Counted from the first letter of the stretch, positions 10,475 through 20,287 are shown. The stretch is DNA of 64,000 nt from an uncultured Actinomycetes bacterium (GCA_963709345.1 CAVPVX010000002.1:372978-436977); one strand, 5' to 3'. The notes: generated by a model from the sequence alone, not told the origin. A program made the numbers and translations.

Positions 10475-11359
10475 TCAGTAGATCTCGGGCACGAACGTCT
10501 GGCTGTCGATGGGCGGCCGCACGTACCCCTTATCGGGCGGCCGGTCCGCCAGCTTCAACTGCTTGTGGGTCACGTCCTCGTATGGGATGTGGCCGAGCAG
10601 GTGATGGATCATGTTGAGCCGCGCCCGCCGCTTGTCGTCGGCGTTGACCACCCACCAGGGCGAGTCCTTGGTGTCGGTGTAGGCGAACATCTCGTCCTTG
10701 GCCTGCGAGTACTCCACCCAGCGCATGCGGCTCTCGAGATCCATGGGACTGAGCTTCCAGACCTTGAGAGGGTCCTTGAGGCGCGCTTGGAACCGCTTCT
10801 CCTGCTCCTCGTCGCTGACGCTGAACCAGTACTTCAGCAGGATGATGCCGCTGCGCATGAGCATGCGCTCGAACTCCGGACAGGTGCGGAAGAACTCCCA
10901 CACCTCGTCCTCGGTGCAGAAGCCCATCACCCGCTCCACGCCGGGGCGGTTGTACCAGGAGCGGTCGAAGAGGACCATCTCGCCCGCCGCAGGGAGGTGC
11001 TCCACGTAGCGCTGGAAGTACCACTCGGTGCGCTCACGCTCCGTCGGGGTGGCGAGGGCGGCGATGTTCACCACGCGCGGGTTGAGATGCTCGGTGACAC
11101 GCTTGATGGTGCCGCCCTTGCCGGCGGCGTCCCGGCCCTCGAAGATCGCGGCGACACGCAGACCCGCATGTTTGATCCACTCCTGGAGCTTGACGAGCTC
11201 GATCTGGAGATTCTCGAGCTCGGCTTCGTACTTCGCACGGTCGAGCTTCTTGTGTGAGCCGGAGTGCTTCTCCTCCGGCGGCACACTCATGTCCGGGAGC
11301 GGGCCGACTGCGTCGGCGTCGCCGGACTTCTTCTTGTCCTTGTTCTTGTCTGAGGCCAT
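10475..11359 (-). CDS. ppk2: Polyphosphate kinase 2
   Basis: FEGRDAAGKGG, WYFQRY, FDRSWYNRPGVERVMGF, WKLSPMD and ADDKRRARLN; start placed at MASDK behind a GGGGAG RBS. Confidence 0.95.
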   Translation of the reverse strand: MASDKNKDKKKSGDADAVGPLPDMSVPPEEKHSGSHKKLDRAKYEAELENLQIELVKLQEWIKHAGLRVAAIFEGRDAAGKGGTIKRVTEHLNPRVVNIAALATPTERERTEWYFQRYVEHLPAAGEMVLFDRSWYNRPGVERVMGFCTEDEVWEFFRTCPEFERMLMRSGIILLKYWFSVSDEEQEKRFQARLKDPLKVWKLSPMDLESRMRWVEYSQAKDEMFAYTDTKDSPWWVVNADDKRRARLNMIHHLLGHIPYEDVTHKQLKLADRPPDKGYVRPPIDSQTFVPEIY

Positions 11360-11499
11360 CGGACTCCCCCCCCGGGCGCCGGCATGCTGATTCCGCCTAT
11401 CATAGTCCATAGACGACGAGGGCGGGAGTGCGGCCGCCGGGCCATGCCCCGCGTCTGTAGTATCCTTCAGCAACGTGAGCAGCGCCGAGCGGAGACCCT

Positions 11500-12702
11500 G
11501 TGGAGCTGTCCGATCGTACTCTCGAGGCCGAGCTGGCCGCCATCGCCGATCATGCCGAGCCGGGCCGCACGGCGCGCGTCGCCGTGCGCCACTGGGGCTG
11601 GGACGGGCTCGGGGGCGCTACGCTGCAGGTCACCGGCGACGAATTCGACGGCATCACCCGCGAGCGCGTGCGGCAGCTGTGCGAGCGGCTGTCCCGTCGT
11701 CTCTCCGACTCGGGAGCGGCCTTCGGCGACGCGGGCATCGCCGCACCGGCCCTCGACCGCGCCCTGGTACTGGCCGCGCACATCGCCCCGACGACAGCGC
11801 ATGAGCTCGCCCGCCGCCTCGTCGACGAGCGCGTGTCGGCGCGCGGCTTCGACCCGGCAGGACTCCTGACAGCAGCCGCCGTGCTCTGCCGCCGGCCGAC
11901 CTTCTCGCTCGTGAGCGTGAGGGGCGTCAGGGTCGTGCTACCCGACCCGCCCGACCCGAACGGCGACACGGAGGAGCTGATCGCGGGCATCATCGACACG
12001 GCCCGGGCTCTCGTCCGCCGCTCCGGCGCCACCAGGGTGCGAGACGTCACCGGCGCCGTCGCCGCGGGCCTTGCGTCGTGGGTCGACGACGGCCTCGTCA
12101 CCGCAGTCGTCTCGGAGGCGGACGATTTCGTCTGGCTCGAGCGCCGCACCGGCTGGTTCCATCTGCCGTCCGTCGCCAAGAACGCCGTCATCTCCCGCCT
12201 GTTCAAGATCCTCGTCATCACCGGAGCCGTGCGCTTGCCCGACCTGCACGCCGGCATCCGCCGGGACGAACGCATGCGGGACTTCGTGATGCCCGAGTAC
12301 ATCCTCGCCGAGCTGTGCGAACGCATCCCCGGCGTGCGCGTCGACGGTGAAGTCGTCAGCTCCACCCAGCCCTTGGCGCCCGAGGACGTCCTCGAGCTCA
12401 CCGAGCTGACGCTCTTCCGCATCCTCGCCGCGAGAGACGGCCCGGCGGACCGACGCGACCTCCAGCGTGCCTGTCTCAAGGCAGGGATGAAGGCCTCGAG
12501 CTTCAACAACCGCATCGCCTACTCGCCGATCGTGCGCGAGTGCGGCCACAACGTCTACGGGTTGCGCGGGCTCAGCCTCGACACCCACACCGATGCCGAG
12601 AGAGGCGAAGGGCGCCCGGCGCGACCGCCGGCCGCCGATCTCCACTCCGAGGTCCCGCGTCCGGGAGAGCTCGAGCATTTTCGCCCTCCGCAGCGGCGGT
12701 GA
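11500..12702 (+). CDS. Hypothetical protein with N-terminal sigma-70 region-4-like HTH
   Basis: RHWGWDG..ATLQVTGDEFDGITRERVRQL resembles the sigma region 4 signature TLEEIG..FGVTRERVRQI; the remainder is unassigned. Confidence 0.6.
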   Translation: MELSDRTLEAELAAIADHAEPGRTARVAVRHWGWDGLGGATLQVTGDEFDGITRERVRQLCERLSRRLSDSGAAFGDAGIAAPALDRALVLAAHIAPTTAHELARRLVDERVSARGFDPAGLLTAAAVLCRRPTFSLVSVRGVRVVLPDPPDPNGDTEELIAGIIDTARALVRRSGATRVRDVTGAVAAGLASWVDDGLVTAVVSEADDFVWLERRTGWFHLPSVAKNAVISRLFKILVITGAVRLPDLHAGIRRDERMRDFVMPEYILAELCERIPGVRVDGEVVSSTQPLAPEDVLELTELTLFRILAARDGPADRRDLQRACLKAGMKASSFNNRIAYSPIVRECGHNVYGLRGLSLDTHTDAERGEGRPARPPAADLHSEVPRPGELEHFRPPQRR

Positions 12703-13010
12703 GCGGCATGCCGGCGGGCGATGGAGCGGGAACCGGACCGAGGCGGCGGCCCGCCGCGACAACGCGGTCCGTCCTGGCGTGGCGCATCGCCGCCGTCGTC
12801 TGCACGCTCCTCTTCGCCGCTCTCCTCGTATGGCTGTACGGCGTACGGACGACGCTGATCTGGACGGCAGCCATGGCGGGCTTCCTGGCGGTCCTCTACG
12901 CTGCGACGACGCCTCTCCGCGCACGGCAGCGTCGCGCCTGGCGAGAGATGGGCCTGGGGCCGGATGGCCGCCCTCCCGCCGAGGAGACCGACGACCCGGA
13001 GCCCGGCTAG
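12699..13010 (+). CDS. Small two-TM membrane protein
   Basis: GTG overlaps the upstream TGA; two hydrophobic stretches. Confidence 0.6.
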   Translation: MSGMPAGDGAGTGPRRRPAATTRSVLAWRIAAVVCTLLFAALLVWLYGVRTTLIWTAAMAGFLAVLYAATTPLRARQRRAWREMGLGPDGRPPAEETDDPEPG

Positions 13011-13036
13011 GGCGACCGAGACGAGGATAATCGACG

Positions 13037-13531
13037 ATGAAGACGTCCCAGCCGGAGGAAGCCGACTCGGCCGTGACCGGCCGATGCTTCCCCTCGCTCA
13101 CCGGGACCGCACTCTCGGGCGAGGCGGTGCGCTTCCCCGAGGACGTGCTGGGCGCTCCGGCGCTCCTGCTCTGCGCCTACCGGCGCGGCTCGCAGGTCAA
13201 CGTGGACCGCTGGACCGGCCTTGCCGCGCAACGGCTGCCGGGACTGCCTTTCTACGAGTTGCCGATCATCCGCGGGCGCGTCTGGCGACCCTTTCAGGAC
13301 TGGATCGACGGCGGCATGCGCGGCGGCGTACCCCGACGTCAGTGGTCAAGGGTCGCCACCATCTACGACGACGCCGATCAGGCGAAGGACTTCATCGGTG
13401 ACGGCGGGGGACCACGTGCCCAGGTCCTGCTGCTCGACGCCGCCGAAGTGTTCGTGTTTCACGACTGTGGCGGATTTCGTGAGGCCGCCGCCGGCCGCCT
13501 TACGGCCGCCGCCGACGCCCTGGCGAGCTGA
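13037..13531 (+). CDS. Thioredoxin-fold / ATP10-like hypothetical protein
   Basis: GAGGA RBS; FPSLTGTALSGEAVRFPED, YELPII and WIDGGMRGGVP resemble ATP10-like proteins. Confidence 0.55.
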   Translation: MKTSQPEEADSAVTGRCFPSLTGTALSGEAVRFPEDVLGAPALLLCAYRRGSQVNVDRWTGLAAQRLPGLPFYELPIIRGRVWRPFQDWIDGGMRGGVPRRQWSRVATIYDDADQAKDFIGDGGGPRAQVLLLDAAEVFVFHDCGGFREAAAGRLTAAADALAS

Positions 13532-13599
13532 GGCAGGAGCCACGACTCGCTCCCGATGTGGGGTCGCGCAGGCCGGCCGCACGAGGCGGCCCGCCGGCC

Positions 13600-14265
13600 T
13601 CACCCGAGGCCGAAGAAGTCCCTCGTCTGCTCCGGCGCGACGATGGCGAGCAGCTCCGACGGGGTCGCCGCGATGCATGCGGCGCCGGCGGCGATGAGAG
13701 TCTCCGGCTCGTGCCAGCCCCACCCGACCCCGACAGGGGTCGCGCCGGCGGCCCGCGCCTCGCGCATGTCGCCGCCGGTGTCGCCGACGAACCAGTAAGT
13801 GTCCTGGCCGGGGAATCGCGCGACCAGGTCGCCGATCTTGGTCACTTTGCTCTGGGCGCTCTCGGCGCCCGCGACCTCCGCCACCCCGGTCACGCCGTGA
13901 CGACGCAGCCACCCGTCCACGACGGCGGTGGGACTCGACGTCACGATGACGACGGTGCGCTCGTCCCCGAGCTCCGCGATGACCTGCGGCAGCAGAGGGA
14001 ACGGCTTGAGCCAGCGGCGGGCCATCACGAGCGCGCCGCCCACGCGGCCCATGACGGCGGCGACGCGCGCCTCGGGCACCCCACGGGCGCGCATGGCCGC
14101 GTAGAAGTTGCCGTCCATCACCGCCAGGAGGTCGTCCAGAGTCGTGAAGCCGGGAACGCCCTCCGCGGCGCACGCCTGCACAAAGGCGTTGCCGAAGACG
14201 TCGAGCGAGTCGACGATCACACCATCGAAGTCGAACATCACGAGCTCTCGGCGATCGTGGTCCAC
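13600..14265 (-). CDS. HAD-superfamily hydrolase (phosphoglycolate phosphatase-like)
   Basis: MFDFDGVIVDS motif I, IVTSS motif II, VGDTGGDMREARAAG motif IV and GVGWG. Confidence 0.9.
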   Translation of the reverse strand: MDHDRRELVMFDFDGVIVDSLDVFGNAFVQACAAEGVPGFTTLDDLLAVMDGNFYAAMRARGVPEARVAAVMGRVGGALVMARRWLKPFPLLPQVIAELGDERTVVIVTSSPTAVVDGWLRRHGVTGVAEVAGAESAQSKVTKIGDLVARFPGQDTYWFVGDTGGDMREARAAGATPVGVGWGWHEPETLIAAGAACIAATPSELLAIVAPEQTRDFFGLG

Positions 14266-14295
14266 GGCCGTCCTTGCGTGCGGGGACGAAGTCGC

Positions 14296-14329
14296 AGGCC
14301 GGCCGGCCGCTCACGCGGCCGGCCGGCCT
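14296..14329 (-). terminator. Hairpin immediately after mtbB
   Basis: Perfect 15-bp stem aggccggccggccgc/gcggccggccggcct; the loop reads GUGA (GNRA) on the minus strand. Confidence 0.65.
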
Positions 14330-14339
14330 CCTCACAGAC

Positions 14340-15746
14340 TCAGTAGTGCAGTCCGGTCTTGTTCTTGAACTGCTCGACGCAGTTGATCTCGATGTCGAGC
14401 AGCTTGGCGATACGAGCCTTCGCCGCGATGCCCTTGGCAACGCCCGGCACACCCGTGATCGTCCCGATGTCGAGTTCTTCCCTGAGAAGCCGCATCGTGT
14501 GGGGGTCACTGAGGTCCAGTGGGGTCACGTGGAGCTTGTCGGCGACGTACTTCTTGGCTTCGTCGATCCTCATCTTCTTGCTGAGCTGCATACGAGCAAC
14601 GAGATCTCCCGCTGCCCGGATGCCGCCCATGGACGAGGCCAACAGATGGGCCATGTGCATGCCGGCGGGGTCACCAGTGCCCACCTACAACCCGTCGGCC
14701 TTGCCGATCTCGATCATGGCCGCACTGCAGCGGGTCACGACGTCGACCGCGGGGGTCTCGAACATCGGCACACCGCCGACGCCCATACCGACGTTCGGGT
14801 GGATCGGCACCTTGGCGATGTCGGTGCAAGCCTTGACGAAGACGAGCGCCTTGCCGAGGTTCCACGGCGTGGACTTCTTGGTGTTGGTGGTGCTGACCGG
14901 ACCGAAGATCGAGACGCCGGCCTCCTCGCACACCTGCAACTGCTGGTGCGGCCACATGCCGGCCAGCCGCTTCCCGTTGTACTCGATGGTGCCGTGGATA
15001 CCGGTCACCATCTCGGTCGACATGCCGATCTCGACCGGCAGCCCCGTCTCCTTGGCGACGTGCTCGGTGCTCTTGAGCACTGCGGCGAACTCACCGTCGC
15101 CGGTGGAGGCCACGGTGTCGTAGTCGATACCGTCGGCGCCCATCTCGACCATGCAGTCGCTCATCTCGATGCAGTCCTCGAGGCACTTGGCGCCGGCTGC
15201 CTCCTGCGTCTCCCGCGACTCCTTGATCTTGCCCTGCTGCATGAGGTCGTACGGGTTGTCGAACGGGCCGTCGCTCTTGAAGTATAGGCCCAGGTTCGGC
15301 ATGAACCCGTAGAGCAGCGGGAAGATCGTGGTCTCCATGAGGATCTCGACGTGGAGCATCTCAAGCTTCTTGAGGAAGCGCTGCGGCTTGACCGAGTAGT
15401 CGTTGTGCGAGACTTCCATCGAGTCGAAGCCGAGCATGGACTCGTAGAGCCGCACGCCGACCTCGCGGTTGACCGGAGCGACGACGCCGCTCGAAATCTG
15501 CGACGAGTTCAGCGCGTTGACGCAGCCGTCCTTGGTCATGACGACCTCGTTGCCGCGCTGCACGCCCCAGATGCGCGTCGGGGCGGCGAACACGTCCACG
15601 AGCCAGTCGATCTCGTTCTCGGTCAGAGGCGGAACCTTCGCCTTCTTGGCCGCGAACTCCGACCCGTCGATGAACTCCTGGCGGAGCTCGTCCATGGTGA
15701 ACTCGACGTTCGAGTTGTCACCCATTCTCGTCAGGATCTTTGCCAT
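14340..15746 (-). CDS. mtbB: Dimethylamine:corrinoid methyltransferase MtbB, pyrrolysine-containing (in-frame TAG at 14685-14687, residue 354 of 468)
   Basis: ORFs 14685..15746 and 14340..14684 are contiguous and in frame: [45 protein letters not shown]. This matches Methanosarcina MtbB VEIAGVDGI-Pyl-IGVGDPLGM..[10 protein letters not shown] (recalled). Other shared motifs: [47 protein letters not shown] and AKGIAAK. Confidence 0.93.
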
Positions 15747-15838
15747 CTATACGGCCTCCACTGTGTCGCTGTCAGAAGTCCCAGGCCGTCCCGGGGGGTC
15801 TGCCTATTCTGTCTGCTCTGCGTGTGCGTTTCGTGAGG

Positions 15839-15872
15839 GCGCCGGCGGCGGCTCTGCGGCCGCCGCCGGCGC
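15839..15872 (-). terminator. Hairpin between the permease and mtbB
   Basis: 14-bp stem gcgccggcggcggc-tctgcg-gccgccgccggcgc with no U-tract; it may be a stability element instead. Confidence 0.45.
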
Positions 15873-15906
15873 TGGTCTTGACGCCGCGAAGGCGGATCCC
15901 GTCGGC

Positions 15907-17658
15907 TTACTCGACCGGGATCTCCTTGGCGACAGCCTCAAGCGCCATACCCTGCTTCTTGCGGACCATCCACGCGATCAGCCAGATCACGACGCCGGCC
16001 AGGTAGAGGACGCCCATGAAGACGGCGGACTCCCACAGGTTGATGTAGTACACCCCGTCGGGATCCCAGATGAACATGAAGATGTTGAAGACCAGGAAGG
16101 CGCAGTAGAAGGCCGCGATGATGGCCATCCACGGGATGCCGGCGATACCCGACTTGGGCAGGGCGCTGTTCTCCCAGATGCCCCGAGCGCGCCACTTCAT
16201 GACCATGAAGGCGAGCCCGCTGAAGAGGAACATGATGATGATGCCGAATGTCGCATCGTAGGTGAAGAGCTTGACGATCGTGACCCCCCGCTCCTCCACG
16301 ACGGGAGTGTACGCGTAGAGCGCCGCCACGATGATCGACGGGATCGTCATGAGCAGCAGAGCGACCGTCGGCACGCCGCCGGAGGTCACCTTGGCCGCCC
16401 GCTCAGGCAGGATGCGGTCGAACGCGGAGGCGAAGATCATGCGCGTCGACGAGAGGAAGAGCGTGCCGAACCAGCCGAAGAGCAGGAGCGAGATGGCGGC
16501 GATGAGGATGACCTGGAACGCCGCGTTGGGCACGATCCAGGAGATCATCGCCGTCGGCGAGATGTAGTCGCCGCCGATGGGCGAGATGCCCCACCAGAAC
16601 GCCGCCATGGTACCCATGAAGGCTTGGTAACCGACCTTCCAGGTCATCAGCCCGAGGAAGGACAGGGCGATGATCGTCGGCACGAAGAGCCCGCCGAGCA
16701 TCTGGTAGATGTTCTTGCGGAAGTCCTTGGCCCCGCGGACCTCGCCGTACAGAGTCGCGCCCCAGTTCGGCCACGCCATCCAGAACAACATGAACGGGAT
16801 GATCGCCCAGGTGGCCCAGCTCAGGCCACCGCTGAACGTGGAGGTCGGCATGCCGGTACCCGCACCGATCGACTCGACGGCCTCGAACGCGCCGGCGTGG
16901 GTCTCGCCCTCGACGACGACCATGGCGCCCTCATCGTCGTAGACGAACAGGCCGGCCTCGTCCTGCTCGTACTTGGTCAGGTCGAGCAGCCCGACGTCGC
17001 CGCCGTAGTACTTCTCGGCGGCCTGGTTGAACTTCTCTTTGAAGGAGTCGCCGGAGGTCACCAGCAGCAGGATGCCGCAGATGACGACGCCGGCGAGCCC
17101 GATCCACATGGCCCACTTCTGGAAGTTGGCGTAGGCCTTCATGCCGACGGCCACCAGGATCGAGGCGATGGCGATGACGACCAGCGAGGCCACGAAGATG
17201 CCCGTCGCCGTGCCGAGCCAGTCGGCCGCCCCATTGAGGCCGAGGATGCGGAAGATCGGCTTGACTGTGGTCTGCACGCCCATGTCGGCGTAGATCGGCG
17301 TCCAGAGCCACAGGATGAACCACCAGCCCACCCCGGCGATCACGAAGCCGATCGAGCTGTGGAAGATGCGTGTGATCCACACGTAGTCGCCACCCGCGCG
17401 CGGCATCGCCGAGATCAGGCCCGCGTACACGATGATCTCGAGCACGATGAAGCAGGCGGTGATGACGATCGCCCAGAACAGGCTGCCGCCCGGGATGAAG
17501 GTGGCGTACGCGAACGACCAGATCGCGAGGAACAGGTTCACGGAGAAGAACGAATACCTGAACCCGTCCGTCGACGACCAGCCCTTGACAAGCCCGCTCG
17601 CCTTGCGGACGAACAGTGTCTGCTCGGCTGGTTTGTTCGCACCAGAGTCTGTCGCCAT
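15907..17658 (-). CDS. APC-family amino acid/amine permease
   Basis: LFVRKASGLVK N-terminus, AMPRAGGDYVWITR and RMIFASAFDRILP; about 12 TM segments. Confidence 0.9.
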   Translation of the reverse strand: MATDSGANKPAEQTLFVRKASGLVKGWSSTDGFRYSFFSVNLFLAIWSFAYATFIPGGSLFWAIVITACFIVLEIIVYAGLISAMPRAGGDYVWITRIFHSSIGFVIAGVGWWFILWLWTPIYADMGVQTTVKPIFRILGLNGAADWLGTATGIFVASLVVIAIASILVAVGMKAYANFQKWAMWIGLAGVVICGILLLVTSGDSFKEKFNQAAEKYYGGDVGLLDLTKYEQDEAGLFVYDDEGAMVVVEGETHAGAFEAVESIGAGTGMPTSTFSGGLSWATWAIIPFMLFWMAWPNWGATLYGEVRGAKDFRKNIYQMLGGLFVPTIIALSFLGLMTWKVGYQAFMGTMAAFWWGISPIGGDYISPTAMISWIVPNAAFQVILIAAISLLLFGWFGTLFLSSTRMIFASAFDRILPERAAKVTSGGVPTVALLLMTIPSIIVAALYAYTPVVEERGVTIVKLFTYDATFGIIIMFLFSGLAFMVMKWRARGIWENSALPKSGIAGIPWMAIIAAFYCAFLVFNIFMFIWDPDGVYYINLWESAVFMGVLYLAGVVIWLIAWMVRKKQGMALEAVAKEIPVE

Positions 17659-17738
17659 CGGCTATGTCCCCCTTGAGTCGCATCTGCGCGGCGTCGAACG
17701 CGCCGCCTTCCCATGGACTTCCACCTGCCCGGGCGCCC

Positions 17739-18686
17739 TCACCCGGAGGTCAAGCGGTACCGCTTGAGCTTCTTCTTGCCGTCGAGATCGACCACGACTC
17801 CCGCGACCATGCCCTCGACGTAGGAACTGCCGGGGTTGATGGCGAGCGTGCGACCGATGCGCACCGCGGCCCTGCTCTCGTGGATGTGGCCGTGCAGCGA
17901 GAGGATCGGCTGGACCTCCTCGATCACCTCCTTGACCGCCGTGGAACCGACGTGAGCCGAATCCTGACCCTGGACCGTCAGCGTCTCCCAGTCGATCTTG
18001 GGAGCTACGTCCAGTTGCGTGTCGTACGGCGGCGCATGCAGCCCGAGCACGAGGCGCTCGGGGTCCACCGTCGCCTGCTTGACGATGCCCATCAGACGCT
18101 CCTTGAGCTTGGGCTCATCCTCCTCGCGCGGGGTGTCCCACGGTGTGAGGTTGGTCCAGCCGCTGGAGGCCAGCTGGTACCCTCCCGGCAGGTCGAGGAC
18201 GTTACCCTCGCCGACCTGCATGGTCTTGGACCTCGCGAGGATCGCGTCGATGTCGTGGCGGTCGTCGTTGCCCGGGCACACGATGCACTGGAGGCCGGAG
18301 CCCTCGAGCCTCTCGTCGGCCCATCCCACCCAGCTCTCGATCGTCTTGCGCATCTGCTCGTGGAAGAGCTCCTCGAGCTTGTCCTCGTCGGTCGTGTACT
18401 CGTCGCGCTCCTCGGGCGTGAGGGCGACAGGGTAGTAGCCGTGGTCGCGGATCAGCCGCTCCGCCTGTGCGAGAGCGTCCGCCCCGGCGACCTCGTGGCT
18501 CAGGTCCTGCATGTGGTAGCGCCACTGCTCAGGGCCTGTCTGCACGATGGGGATGATGGCCTTGCCGGTCATGTCCCCGCCCAGGATCAGGACGTCGGCC
18601 TCGTAGTGCTTGGCCGAGTTGATGAACTTGCGCCAGCAGACCTCCGATCCATGGACGTCCGTGGCGAAGAAGATCCTTACCGTCAC
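17739..18686 (-). CDS. Calcineurin-like metallophosphoesterase (Icc-related)
   Basis: ATDVHGS, LGGDMTGK, PGNDD, HAPPYDT, SLHGHIHES and INPGS. Confidence 0.9.
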   Translation of the reverse strand: MTVRIFFATDVHGSEVCWRKFINSAKHYEADVLILGGDMTGKAIIPIVQTGPEQWRYHMQDLSHEVAGADALAQAERLIRDHGYYPVALTPEERDEYTTDEDKLEELFHEQMRKTIESWVGWADERLEGSGLQCIVCPGNDDRHDIDAILARSKTMQVGEGNVLDLPGGYQLASSGWTNLTPWDTPREEDEPKLKERLMGIVKQATVDPERLVLGLHAPPYDTQLDVAPKIDWETLTVQGQDSAHVGSTAVKEVIEEVQPILSLHGHIHESRAAVRIGRTLAINPGSSYVEGMVAGVVVDLDGKKKLKRYRLTSG

Positions 18687-18904
18687 GCCCTACCCCCTTT
18701 CGCCGCATACGCGGGTGTCGTGATGTACCGTACCCGACGGCCGGTCACGTGTGCGCGCGGCGCGCGTGTCACGCTTCGGCCTGCCGGTTCGCGTGGCCGC
18801 AGCCGCCGCGTCCGCCGCGCGTGGCGCGGCGGACGGTCGGCGGCGGGACGCTCCCGTGGCTCATGCAGCTCTGCCTTGTGACGCCTGCATGTGCGCGACT
18901 CGGA

Positions 18905-20287
18905 TCACGAGACGGGGACCTCCAGACCCATGGCGGCGAGCTCGGAGCGCACCTCGTCCATGGCCTTCTGGTAGTCGGCGTTCGCGATCTTCTTGGTCTT
19001 CATGTCGTAGACCTGCTGGAACGTCATGCCCTTGTCCGGGTCCTTGAGCTTGTCGCCGAACAGCGGGAACAGCTTCTGGGCGATGGGCTCGGCCTGGGCG
19101 CGCGTGAGCTTGGAGGCGGCCAGACCGATCTCCGCATGGAACTTGTGGTCGTCGGGGACGAGCGAGTCCGACTGGACGGCCATCGCCGGGTGCCCCGAAA
19201 AGACGTTTCCACCAGAAGTCACGACAGCGAGCATATAGCACGCCATTTCGTAATGGTACTGCTTCGTGCCCGAGCCCCCGCCGAGGTACGGCAGGTTGAC
19301 CATCGGGTAGCCCATGTTGCGACCGACCGCGGCGTTCGACATGGCGATCGCCCAGATGAGCGGCTTCGTCGACGAGAGGTGCAGCTTGCTGTGCAGCGGA
19401 GCGTTGTAGTGGTAGCTGCCACGGAAGATCAGGTTTCCCATGATCATGTACGCGGTCGCCGTCACGGCCACGCCCTCGGCGCCGCCCGCGTAGCCCGCGA
19501 AGAGGGGCGTCGAGGTGGAGCCGATGTTGGCGCTGATGCTGTTGTAGAAGGCGACCTTCTGCAGCGCCTCGTAGCCCACGACCATCTCGGAGAGGAAGTC
19601 GATGAGGAAGCCGTCGCTCCGGCGCAGGCCGAACTCGGGATAGCTGGCCGCGAACATCGAGGCCGGCTGGGAGGCCGCGGAGATGCCGTTGATGATCGGC
19701 AGGCCGGCGCGGCCGGAGCGGCGGATGCCCTCACGCGCGAGACGCACCGTCTTGCAGGCGGAGAGGATCTCCTGCGGCGAGCGCACACGCGAGTCCTTGC
19801 CGCGAAGGTGCAGGATCGAGGGCACGCTGACGGAGTCCACGATGTTGTAGGACGCCATCTTCTCGACGGTGTCGACATAGACCTGCTCGTCGGTCGTGTA
19901 GATGCCGCCGCCGACGTGCACCCACGGCCGGTCGTCGATCGTGTCGGGGCGGCGGCCGCGCATGATGTTGCGCTCGCGGCCCTCGCCGAACGTGGTCGCC
20001 TTGGGGCACTGCTCGCAGGCGAGCACGATCTCGTCACGCGTGAACTCCATCACGCGGTTCGTCTCAGGGCAGTAGGCGCCGGCCTCGGCGATGAGGTCGA
20101 CAGCTGCCTCGAAGACCGCATCGGTGAGCGTGTCGTCCGGGTTGATGATGGTCTCTTTGTCCCACTTCACCTTGTGCCGCGAGATGACCTCGCTGAGCTT
20201 GGGGACGTAGCGCTTCATGTAGTAGTCGGTCTCGGAGGTGAGCGGGCCGGTCTCGGCGCGGTCGAACACCTCGATAAGGTCGATCAT
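18905..20287 (-). CDS. MtmB-family (monomethylamine methyltransferase-like) corrinoid methyltransferase lacking pyrrolysine
   Basis: End-to-end resemblance to recalled MtmB: FDRAETG, GAYCPETNRVMEFTRDEI, LRGK..RSPQEIL, SGRAGLPII (MtmB AGRPGMGV-Pyl), PLFAGYAGG and GMTFQQVYDMKT; no internal stop. Confidence 0.88.
   Translation of the reverse strand: MIDLIEVFDRAETGPLTSETDYYMKRYVPKLSEVISRHKVKWDKETIINPDDTLTDAVFEAAVDLIAEAGAYCPETNRVMEFTRDEIVLACEQCPKATTFGEGRERNIMRGRRPDTIDDRPWVHVGGGIYTTDEQVYVDTVEKMASYNIVDSVSVPSILHLRGKDSRVRSPQEILSACKTVRLAREGIRRSGRAGLPIINGISAASQPASMFAASYPEFGLRRSDGFLIDFLSEMVVGYEALQKVAFYNSISANIGSTSTPLFAGYAGGAEGVAVTATAYMIMGNLIFRGSYHYNAPLHSKLHLSSTKPLIWAIAMSNAAVGRNMGYPMVNLPYLGGGSGTKQYHYEMACYMLAVVTSGGNVFSGHPAMAVQSDSLVPDDHKFHAEIGLAASKLTRAQAEPIAQKLFPLFGDKLKDPDKGMTFQQVYDMKTKKIANADYQKAMDEVRSELAAMGLEVPVS

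Noticed and set aside
14340-14684. Separate 114-aa gene, or mtbB as a nonsense pseudogene
   Set aside because: There is no RBS, the frame continues directly from the upstream ORF, and the TAG matches the known Pyl position.
14640-14684. PYLIS-like hairpin after the amber codon
   Set aside because: Only a short GTGGGC/GCCCAT pairing is present, which is expected by chance at this GC content.
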